Assembly: GCA_009841075.1 (NCBI GenBank)
Contig: VXMP01000061.1
Location: 14,366-78,365, forward strand
Origin: Acidimicrobiia bacterium
GTDB lineage: Bacteria; Actinomycetota; Acidimicrobiia; Spongiisociales; Spongiisociaceae
Direction of reading: 5' to 3'
DNA: 64,000 nucleotides
Part shown: positions 8,429 through 16,178 of the stretch, piece by piece
Layout: every line of letters starts with the position of its first letter
Position numbering within the stretch: the stretch's first letter is position 1
Made by a program: the position numbers and the translations under genes
Notes under the pieces: generated by a model
Database searches by the model: none
The model's input: the letters and a program-made list of their open reading frames with translations, nothing else
Told to the model about the DNA's origin: nothing

Positions 8429-11400
8429 TCAGACGATAACGGTTTCTCCGAAGATGCCCCTCAGCTGGGCATAAAGCGAAGTGTTTAGCTCAACCTTGTC
8501 GTCCAGCCGATACATCTTGCGTAGATCCCCGGCCTCGAACTGAACGTAGACCGGTGCCGAACCAGGGTGGTTGGATAGCACCTCCCTCAGCTCTTTGAGC
8601 GATTGAGCGAAGGACTCCATGTCCTCCAACGCCTGGAAAGGTTCCAAACGTAGGGTGAGCTCGGAATCGGGAAGCAGTTTGGGGCGGGTAATGCGATTGG
8701 CCCTCAGCTTCAGTTCCTCACCCGACTTCTGGAGCCGACCGGTCACCACCAGAATGGCATCGTCCTGGATAAGAGGTTCGACCTCTCCCTGGTGCTTGGA
8801 GGGGAACGCCACCACCTCGACCGCGTTTTCCATGTCTTCGATCATGAAGTAGAAGATCGAATCACCCGAGTTCATGTAGCGGCGGTTGATGTCACGGACG
8901 ATCCCTCCCACGGTTACCCGTGACCCGTTATCCAACTCCGCCAACCCGGTAACCGTGACGGTGGTGTGTTGGGCCAGGGCGGTTTCGAGATCCTGCAGTG
9001 GATGACCGGTGACATAGAGGCCCAACATCTCCTTTTCCCGAGCCAGTTTGGCGGGACGGTTCCACTCCTCCCTCGGGATGGTTACGGCTTCGAAATCGGG
9101 GGCCTCCACTTCACCGCCGAAGAAGCTGAACTGTCCGGCGCCTTCGTGTTTACGCCGGGCCAGGGTCCGTTCGATAATCAAATCCGACACCTCGTTCAAA
9201 CCCTTGCGGCTATGCCCCAGATCGTCGAAGGCCCCGGCCGAGATCAGAGACGCCACCACCCGCTTGTTGAGGGCCAGGGAATCCACCCGGTTGACAAAAT
9301 CCTGAAAGTCGGCGAAAGGAGGTCCGCTGTCCCGAGCCTCGGTTATTTTCTCCACCACCCCGGTGCCTACGTTCCTGATCCCGGCGAGGCCGAACACAAT
9401 CATCCCGTCCCGCACGGTGAACTCGCTTTCGGAAAGGTTCACCGAAGGTTGCTTCACCTCCAATCCCATCAGCCGGCACTCCCCCAGATACATCCTGGCC
9501 CGATCCTTATCGCGGTGCGAGGAGGTCAGCAGAGCGGCCATGTACTCGGACGGATAACGCCTCTTCAGGTAGGCGGTCTGGTAGGCCAGCAGACCGTAGG
9601 CGGCGCTATGTGACTTGTTGAATCCGTAGCCTGCAAAGCCTTCGATAGAGTCAAACAGCGCTCCGCCGAACGACTCTTCGTTCCCGCCGGCCACCACCCC
9701 GTTCACGAACTTATCCCGTTCCTTTGCCATTATGTCCGGTATCTTTTTGCCCATCGCCTTGCGCAGCGAATCGGCGTCGGCCATCGAGTACCCGGCGATG
9801 TCACGGGCGATCTGCATCACCTGTTCCTGATAGATCATCAGCCCGTAGGTCTCGCCGAGAACCTCCTGGGTGGCGGGATGGGGAAAATCGATCGGGCTTC
9901 TTCCGTTCTTGCGATGGGCATAGGCGTTATGCCAGTCATTGGACATGGGGCCGGGACGGTACAGGGCGACCAGGGCGATCAGGTCTTCGAAACGGTCCGG
10001 ACGGAGGCTGCGGATCAGGGTACGCATGGCCGTCCCCTCCAGCTGAAAGACCCCGATGGTGTCGCCTCGGCACAACATTTCATAGGTCTCGGGGTCCTGC
10101 AGGGAAATCTCTTCTATCTCCAGGCGGGTACCCGTACGATTACGGATCAGATCCAAGGTACGGTCGATGGTGGAAAGGGTGCGTAGCCCCAGGATGTCCA
10201 TCTTGAGCAGCCCGAGCTTCTCCAAGGCGTGCATCTCATATTGGGTTACTACCTCGGCATCCTCGCCTTTACGCTGCACCGGAACCAGATCGACCAGGGG
10301 ATGGGGGGCGATCACCACCGCCGCGGCGTGGATGGAGTCCTGGCGACGCAGACCTTCCAGGCCTCGGGCGGTATCAACCACCCGACGGGCATCCGGTTGG
10401 GTTTCGTATTCCTCCCGCAGTCCGGCGGCGTTTGTGTACCAATCCTTGATGACCTGATCCGTCTCCGGTCCGGGTTGGTCGAAACACTGATCAAGGGAAG
10501 CCTCCCGGCCTAAAACCGGGTCCGGCATCAGCTTGGCCAGATCATCACCGGTTTTATAGGGAAAACCCAACACCCGGGCCGAGTCTCGTATGGCCTGCTT
10601 TCCTTTGATGGTGCTAAAGGTCACGATCTGGGCCAGATGATCGGACCCGTATTTATCGGCCGCGTACCTGATCACGTCGGCGCGGAAACGCTCATCGAAG
10701 TCGATGTCGATATCGGGCATCTGCCGTCTGCCCGGGTTAAGAAAGCGCTCGAAGATCAGGCCGTATTCAATGGGGTCGAGCTCGGTAATCCCCAGCGTGT
10801 AGGCGACGATAGAACCGGCCGCCGACCCTCTCCCCGGACCCACCCGGATCCGACGGGACTTGGCGTAACGAACTAGATCCCACACGATCAGGAAGTAGTC
10901 GGGGAAGCCCATTTCCTCGATTATCCCCAGCTCGTGGCCGATCCGTTCCTCTACTACCGGCCCCGGGCTTTCTCCATAGCGCATCCGAGCCCCCTCGGCT
11001 ATCAGTTCCTTGAGATAGGACAGGGCGTTATAGCCGTCCGGAACGGCGAAATGAGGAAGCAGCAACTTATCGAAATCGATTTTCACCTTGGCCCGCTCGG
11101 CGATCCAAAGCGTGTTGTCGCAAGCACCCGGGTAGGTGTTTTCGGGGAACAGATCCCGCATCTGTGACGGGGTTTTCAGATAGAACTCCTGCCCGTCGAA
11201 ACGGAGGCTCCGTTTGGGATCGTCGATGGTCGACCCGGTTTGGATGCAGAGGAGGGCGTCATGGGCGGCCGCCTCATCTTTACGGGTGTAGTGGGTGTCG
11301 TTGGTGGCCAAAAGCGGGGCACCGATCCTTTTTGATATTTCGACCAGATCAGGAAGGATGCGTTGCTGGGAGGGCAGGCCCAGGTTGTGGAGCTCGATAA

Positions 11401-12061
11401 AGAAACGGTCCTTGCCGAAAATGTCCTGATAACCGGCGGCCGCCTCCACCGCCCCCTCCATATCCCGCCGGCCTATCGGGTAGCGGTCCTCCGGAACCAC
11501 CTCCGAGTTCAACAAAAGCCCCGCCGCGAAGCCGTCACCGTTTTGGGGTTGAGGGGTGGCCTCCGTTTCTATCGGTCCGTCCGGACTGCCTTCCTCACGG
11601 GCGACATCCGGGGCCAGCAGGGAGGGAATGTGTCCGGAAAGGCATCCGCTGGTGGCGATCAGACCCTCGGAGTACTCGGCCAACAGCTCGATATCCATCC
11701 GAGGCTTGTAGTAGTAGCCCTCCAGGAAGGCCCGGCTGACCAGCTTGACCAGGTTGGAATAGCCGGTCTGGGTCTCGGCCAGCAAGGTGATGTGATGTCG
11801 GATGTTGTCTCGACCGGTAGGACGATCAAAGCGGGAGCCGGGGGTCAGATATCCCTCGACGCCGAGAATGGGCTTGATACCGGCTTTGGTGGCGGTCTCG
11901 TATAGATCGACCGCGCCATACAGTACGCCATGATCGGTCAGACCCAAAGCCGTCTGACCCTGCTTAATTACCGTTTCTACGGCGTCTTTGATGCGAGCCG
12001 CTCCATCCAACATGGAGAACTCGCTGTGTACATGGAGGTGAACGAACCCTTTTTCCGACAT
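8429..12061 (-). CDS. dnaE: DNA polymerase III alpha subunit
   Basis: 1210 aa. PHP domain start FVHLHVHSEFSMLDGA, polymerase core and OB-fold regions. Confidence 0.97.
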   Translation of the reverse strand: MSEKGFVHLHVHSEFSMLDGAARIKDAVETVIKQGQTALGLTDHGVLYGAVDLYETATKAGIKPILGVEGYLTPGSRFDRPTGRDNIRHHITLLAETQTGYSNLVKLVSRAFLEGYYYKPRMDIELLAEYSEGLIATSGCLSGHIPSLLAPDVAREEGSPDGPIETEATPQPQNGDGFAAGLLLNSEVVPEDRYPIGRRDMEGAVEAAAGYQDIFGKDRFFIELHNLGLPSQQRILPDLVEISKRIGAPLLATNDTHYTRKDEAAAHDALLCIQTGSTIDDPKRSLRFDGQEFYLKTPSQMRDLFPENTYPGACDNTLWIAERAKVKIDFDKLLLPHFAVPDGYNALSYLKELIAEGARMRYGESPGPVVEERIGHELGIIEEMGFPDYFLIVWDLVRYAKSRRIRVGPGRGSAAGSIVAYTLGITELDPIEYGLIFERFLNPGRRQMPDIDIDFDERFRADVIRYAADKYGSDHLAQIVTFSTIKGKQAIRDSARVLGFPYKTGDDLAKLMPDPVLGREASLDQCFDQPGPETDQVIKDWYTNAAGLREEYETQPDARRVVDTARGLEGLRRQDSIHAAAVVIAPHPLVDLVPVQRKGEDAEVVTQYEMHALEKLGLLKMDILGLRTLSTIDRTLDLIRNRTGTRLEIEEISLQDPETYEMLCRGDTIGVFQLEGTAMRTLIRSLRPDRFEDLIALVALYRPGPMSNDWHNAYAHRKNGRSPIDFPHPATQEVLGETYGLMIYQEQVMQIARDIAGYSMADADSLRKAMGKKIPDIMAKERDKFVNGVVAGGNEESFGGALFDSIEGFAGYGFNKSHSAAYGLLAYQTAYLKRRYPSEYMAALLTSSHRDKDRARMYLGECRLMGLEVKQPSVNLSESEFTVRDGMIVFGLAGIRNVGTGVVEKITEARDSGPPFADFQDFVNRVDSLALNKRVVASLISAGAFDDLGHSRKGLNEVSDLIIERTLARRKHEGAGQFSFFGGEVEAPDFEAVTIPREEWNRPAKLAREKEMLGLYVTGHPLQDLETALAQHTTVTVTGLAELDNGSRVTVGGIVRDINRRYMNSGDSIFYFMIEDMENAVEVVAFPSKHQGEVEPLIQDDAILVVTGRLQKSGEELKLRANRITRPKLLPDSELTLRLEPFQALEDMESFAQSLKELREVLSNHPGSAPVYVQFEAGDLRKMYRLDDKVELNTSLYAQLRGIFGETVIV

Positions 12062-12125
12062 CTGTTCCTGTTATTCCTGGATTTGGAGTCGGCCGGTCAG
12101 GGGCACCCGGCTGTGGAGGAAAACC

Positions 12126-13082
12126 TTAGTCGCCGGCACCATGATTTTGATATCTATCCCCGACATCCGGGTCGCCCAAGGCCTGCAGACCGGCCAGGAG
12201 GTCGGCAGGAAGGTCGACCGAAACCTCTATATCCCGCCCGGTTATCGGATGGGTGAAACCGAGCCGATGGGCGTGAAGCCAGACCCGTCCGGGATCCACC
12301 ACCGGCGGGCCCGGGCGGCCGTAGGTACTATCTCCCATCACCGGGCGATCGATCGCCTGGAGATGCACCCGAATCTGATGGGTTCGTCCGGTGTCCAGAG
12401 TCACCTCCAACAAGGTGCAGGACGGACGTTCCCAGGAGGCCAGCCGGCGATAGTGGGTAACGGACGGCCTTCCTCCGGAACCCACAAAACGGCGGGCTCG
12501 GCGTCGGTCGATAGGCGCGTCGATAGTTCCGGTGGGGATATCGAACCCGCCATGCGTGATGGTTAGATAACGCCGCCGCACCTGGCGTTTCGCCATGGCT
12601 TTGGTAAGACGGCGATGGGCCCGTGGCTCCAGGGCGACCAGGATCGCACCCGAAGTTTCCTTGTCCAGCCGGTGCACGATCCCCCAGCGAGGAAAATCTC
12701 CCACCCCCTCTACCTGCGGCCAACGGTGGATCAGGGCCGAAACCAGGGTTTGGTCGAAGTGGCCGGGGCCCGGGTGGGTGACCATGCCGGAGGGTTTGTT
12801 GATCACCGCCAGGCGGTCGTCCTCGTAACAGACCTCCAGATCGAATCCATATGGTCTGATGGTGGCTTCTTCCGGCACCAGGTACCAGAGCCGATCTCCG
12901 GACCGAAGCCGGGTATTGGGCCGATCCTCCCGTGAGGTATCGGCCCGGGTTCGCCCCGCCCGGCCGGTTTCGATCATCCGCTTGGCCTGCGACCGGCTCA
13001 CACCGGATAACCGGGATAGGGCTACATCCAGGCGATCACCATCCAGGGAATCGGGAACTATTGCGGTCTGCTCAGCTTCCAT
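12126..13082 (-). CDS. rluD: RluA-family 23S rRNA pseudouridine synthase (RluD-like) with S4 domain
   Basis: S4-like N-terminus (LDVALSRLSGVSRSQAKRMI) and catalytic HRLDKETSG motif. lspA-rluD-dnaE synteny. Confidence 0.9.
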   Translation of the reverse strand: MEAEQTAIVPDSLDGDRLDVALSRLSGVSRSQAKRMIETGRAGRTRADTSREDRPNTRLRSGDRLWYLVPEEATIRPYGFDLEVCYEDDRLAVINKPSGMVTHPGPGHFDQTLVSALIHRWPQVEGVGDFPRWGIVHRLDKETSGAILVALEPRAHRRLTKAMAKRQVRRRYLTITHGGFDIPTGTIDAPIDRRRARRFVGSGGRPSVTHYRRLASWERPSCTLLEVTLDTGRTHQIRVHLQAIDRPVMGDSTYGRPGPPVVDPGRVWLHAHRLGFTHPITGRDIEVSVDLPADLLAGLQALGDPDVGDRYQNHGAGD

Positions 13083-13555
13083 ATCATCAGTACCGCACCG
13101 ATAGTGATGGCCGAGTCGGCCAGGTTGAAGGTGGGCCAGAAACTGAGGGCGATAAAATCGGTTACCCCGCCCGACAGCCCGGGGCCGTGGAGAGCCCGGT
13201 CGACTATGTTCCCGATGGCCCCGCCCAAAATCAGGCTCAGTGCCACCAGCTCGGTGTTATTTCTGGCCCGTCCTACTGCCATCCAAACCAGCACCCCGAC
13301 CAAAATCGCCGCTATCCCCAACCAGGAACCGTAGCCCCTGAACATGGAGAAGGCCGCCCCGGTGTTCTCTGTGACCGAGAGGTCGAACCAACCCGGGATT
13401 ATCTCGAGGTCACGGTTGGCCAGCTCGGTTCGGGCCCAGGCCTTGCTCAGCTGATCGGACGCGGCCACGGCCGCGGCGATCAGGACGGATCTTCTCCGAG
13501 GGGTCAGCACCTCGAGCCGGTTGTTCAGCGCCTCGAACCGGCGCACTCTATGCAC
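13058..13555 (-). CDS. lspA: Lipoprotein signal peptidase (signal peptidase II)
   Basis: 165-aa membrane protein with NTGAAFS and NLADS motifs. Exact start uncertain because the ORF overlaps the traR-like stop by 31 nt. Confidence 0.88.
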   Translation of the reverse strand: MHRVRRFEALNNRLEVLTPRRRSVLIAAAVAASDQLSKAWARTELANRDLEIIPGWFDLSVTENTGAAFSMFRGYGSWLGIAAILVGVLVWMAVGRARNNTELVALSLILGGAIGNIVDRALHGPGLSGGVTDFIALSFWPTFNLADSAITIGAVLMIWKLSRPQ

Positions 13556-13929
13556 TGACTGGTGTGAGGACGGGCCCGGAGCCGAGCCACCGGAATGGGT
13601 TTCCGACAGACCCGACAGTCCCCGTATGTCCCGTTCTCCAGCTCCTTTAGGGCGCTCCGTACCTCGCCCAGGATGTCACGACTGTTACGGTCCACCGACC
13701 GTTCTTTTTCGAACTCATAGGCCATGGCGCTGCCGTCGGCAGATTCAGGATCGGGGCTACGCTCGGCCGCGGTCTCGGCCATCCTTACCTGGCTGCGCTC
13801 CGCTTCATGGGCGGCTATAACCGCCACCAGACTCTGCTCCTTTTCCTGCAGCAGACGCCGGAAACGATCTAGGGTGGACTGGGCTAGCTGGCGACGGGCG
13901 GCCATTCCTCTCTCCCTTTCTCCCCCCAA
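13525..13929 (-). CDS. TraR/DksA-family C4 zinc-finger protein
   Basis: C-terminal CRVCRKPIPVARLRARPHTSQCIECA zinc finger after a coiled-coil region. Confidence 0.8.
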   Translation of the reverse strand: MGGERERGMAARRQLAQSTLDRFRRLLQEKEQSLVAVIAAHEAERSQVRMAETAAERSPDPESADGSAMAYEFEKERSVDRNSRDILGEVRSALKELENGTYGDCRVCRKPIPVARLRARPHTSQCIECAGSRR

Positions 13930-14019
13930 AAATTGCGCCGACTGAAGGTAGCAGGGTACCTAACCGGACGGGGGATCTAACCGATTTGTATAAATCGTGT
14001 GGGCTCGCCCGATACCCTC

Positions 14020-14256
14020 CTAGGCAGCGGCGTGGCTCAACACCGCTCTGATGTCGTCGTAGTCCAACCCGTAGGTGTCGCTGAACTCCTCCGCCGTTTT
14101 CCCGCCCTTGAGGTAGTGGAAGAGTGACTCAACCGGGAACTGCGTGCCCCGGAAGGCTGGGATGTTCCTGTTGCTGAGCCGCACAGCGGGGCAGCCGGTC
14201 AGGTCGACAACTTCCACGGGCGGGGCGTCGTCCAGGTAGCGGAACGTTTCGATCAC
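14020..14256 (-). CDS. DUF433-like small protein (antitoxin-like HTH)
   Basis: 78 aa. IPAFRGTQFPVESLFHYLKGGKTAEEFSDTYGLDYDDIRAVL matches the DUF433 pattern (P.FRGTR.PV..L...L..G....EF). GTG start preceded by AAGGAG. Confidence 0.6.
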   Translation of the reverse strand: MIETFRYLDDAPPVEVVDLTGCPAVRLSNRNIPAFRGTQFPVESLFHYLKGGKTAEEFSDTYGLDYDDIRAVLSHAAA

Positions 14257-14518
14257 AGCATCCGCTCCTTATTCGGAACGTGTCAGCAAACCCCTCGCAA
14301 GTACCACCCGCTGCGACCCAATCAACCAGTCCCTCCACTGCTATACGCCGGCCGATGAACGACGGATGGCTCCCCACCCGTCCAGGAACATATTCGACCG
14401 CGGAACAACCGCGCCAGTCGATCATTTTCAGTACCATCGAATCGTTCGGGGATTCCGCGGACAGGTCGTCCGTGTCCGGTTGGGCTGCTGTGACAGTGGT
14501 TGCCATGATGCTTCTCAA
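14129..14518 (-). CDS. Second, tandem DUF433-like ORF; the 3' end runs out of frame into the downstream paralog (possibly truncated or pseudogenised)
   Basis: MIDWRGCSAVEYVPGRVGSHPSFIGRRIAVEGLVDWVAAGGTCEGFADTF parallels the paralog. The C-terminal helix is missing and the reading frame overlaps 14020-14256 by 128 nt. Confidence 0.4.
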   Translation of the reverse strand: MRSIMATTVTAAQPDTDDLSAESPNDSMVLKMIDWRGCSAVEYVPGRVGSHPSFIGRRIAVEGLVDWVAAGGTCEGFADTFRIRSGCCDRNVPLPGRRPARGSCRPDRLPRCAAQQQEHPSLPGHAVPG

Positions 14519-14580
14519 TTATAGAAGTCGGGACTTCGTACTGGTTAGCGCCCTGATTCAGATGTCTACGGATGCGGTGG

Positions 14581-14778
14581 TCAGGGAACGGAGGCATAGT
14601 AGGCCCGGTCGACGAGCACGGAGTCGCGTAGCAGTATCTCAAATCTGACTTCGAGTTGGCGGCGGTGTTCGAAATCATCGGTGTAGTCTCGGGCATAGTC
14701 GCGGACGATTTCGACCGACGCGTCTGCTGCCCGCTCATATGGACCAGGTCGGCCATCGGGGCTTCTACTCAGTGGCAC
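14581..14778 (-). CDS. Hypothetical small acidic protein (65 aa), family not recognised
   Basis: ORF only (GTG start). Lies in the accessory islet upstream of the DUF433 pair, and the neighbouring ORF 14769-14975 overlaps it. Confidence 0.2.
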   Translation of the reverse strand: MPLSRSPDGRPGPYERAADASVEIVRDYARDYTDDFEHRRQLEVRFEILLRDSVLVDRAYYASVP

Positions 14779-15130
14779 ATGTTTTCACATGGAAGATGTC
14801 GCTTGCGACGACTTCGGCTTCGTCTGCCGTGGGGTGCGCAGTCGGCGAACTGCTCATGGAGTTTGCCGATAGCGGCGTGGGCGGTCTGCCCGAAGCCGAA
14901 CAGTTTCGGGTATCGGGGGGCTGAAACCCCGGACGTGCCGGTACTTGTAGTCTCGGGGACAGCGGAGGTAGTCACCAGGCTTACCGTGGAGCGGCTCGAG
15001 AACTACGACGGTTCCGAGGTGCTAGACCATGTGGGCTCCGGCTCGGATCGGTATCCGCCGCCCACTGTGTCTGGATTATTCTGTACAGTAGAGTATGAAA
15101 TAATACAGCAGGCTTACTGATGGAGAAGCT

Positions 15131-15346
15131 ATGCGGATATCGGAGAGGGGCCAGATAACGATTCCCAAGAAGATGCGGGAGCGTTTCGGCCTGAATCACA
15201 ACGTCGAGGTGGAACTGACTCCCACAGAGGGAGGACTCCTGATCCACAAGCGGACCGCGGCACATCATCCCGTCGAGCGGGTCTATGCAATCCTCGACAT
15301 AGGCAAGGACACTGACGACTACATAGAGGAGATCAGAGGACGGTGA
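15131..15346 (+). CDS. vapB: AbrB/SpoVT-family antitoxin (VapB-like)
   Basis: MRISERGQITIPKKMRERFGL is a swapped-hairpin AbrB-type N-terminus. GTGA overlap with the downstream PIN gene. Confidence 0.85.
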   Translation: MRISERGQITIPKKMRERFGLNHNVEVELTPTEGGLLIHKRTAAHHPVERVYAILDIGKDTDDYIEEIRGR

Positions 15347-15738
15347 TCACCGCGGTCGACACCAATGTCCTACTGGACATTCTCCTCGGCGACGAGCGCC
15401 ACGGCCACGAATCGCTGGAACGGCTCAAGACGGCGTACGACGCCGGTGCCGTTGTCATATGCGACATCGTTTACGCCGAACTCGTTCCGGCGTTCGGCGA
15501 GCGGGCCGTCATGGATGACACGCTGCGACAGATCAACGCGTCCCTGTCGCCGATCACCACCGACATCGCTTACGAGGCGGGCCGGCGTTGGCAGCGGTAC
15601 CGCCGAGCCGGCGGACCGCGAAAACGGATCATCACCGACTTCCTGATCGGAGCACACGCCCTCAGGACGGCTGATGCCTTCCTCACCCGCGACCGCGGCT
15701 TCTACACCACCTACTTTCCCGAACTCGCCACGGCCTGA
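15343..15738 (+). CDS. vapC: PIN-domain ribonuclease toxin (VapC-like)
   Basis: AVDTNVLLD...YAEL...DFLIGAHA...LTRD carries the acidic PIN residues. 131 aa, coupled to vapB. Confidence 0.9.
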   Translation: MITAVDTNVLLDILLGDERHGHESLERLKTAYDAGAVVICDIVYAELVPAFGERAVMDDTLRQINASLSPITTDIAYEAGRRWQRYRRAGGPRKRIITDFLIGAHALRTADAFLTRDRGFYTTYFPELATA

Positions 15739-15849
15739 TCCTGGGAACTCAGCAGGGTCCGGCGCGTTCCTTTGGGTGTGTCCTGGAAAAAAGGTGAGGC
15801 CTGCCCGGATCCTGTCGCACCGCGGCCGGCATCCGCTCCGGCGTGGGCC

Positions 15850-16050
15850 GCCCTCGATACCCCGGCGGTGTGCGGCGACCAGGCGGCCGGAGGTCTCCCC
15901 CGATCCCATCAGAATTGAGGCAGCCGGTGCTCAAACGCGACGTCTCTCCGTCCAGTTCCTCCAGCCGTCCACCAGCACACAATCCACCATCTTGCGCCGC
16001 CCCTTCAGAGTAAACACCGCGTTCGGGTGCTGTACCATAACCTCAGGCAT
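15850..16050 (-). mobile_element. Remnant of an IS481-like transposase N-terminus (HTH region), frameshifted and truncated
   Basis: MVQHPNAVFTLKGRRKMVDCVLVDGW parallels the IS481-family start (HANARLT..GRR.LV.RV..DGW). The continuation (..SRLS...GGDLRPPGRRTPP) is in another frame. No catalytic domain follows. Confidence 0.45.
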
Positions 16051-16178
16051 GAGCTCCCCTCGTAGTCGTAAGCTTTTACAAACCCACACCCTGCCCGGAG
16101 AGCTCACCCGAACCAAGAACCCTAACCCCAAGGACAACGTCTCCGGTTATCACACCTAGCAGACCATTCCAAAAAGCT

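Noticed and set aside
14322-15268. ORFs 14322-14756 (-), 14656-15120 (+), 14769-14975 (-) and 14981-15268 (-) in the accessory islet.
   Set aside because: They overlap one another, with no recognisable motifs and no good start context. They may include fragments of a decayed gene, but none can be supported as a feature. Only 14581-14778 is listed, at low confidence.
15990-16178. T-box leader upstream of ileS, as known for actinobacterial ileS genes.
   Set aside because: I found no T-box consensus (..GGTGGTACCGCG..) and no convincing specifier or terminator architecture in the 190 nt upstream. The region instead carries the IS remnant. A cmscan would be needed to exclude a divergent T-box.
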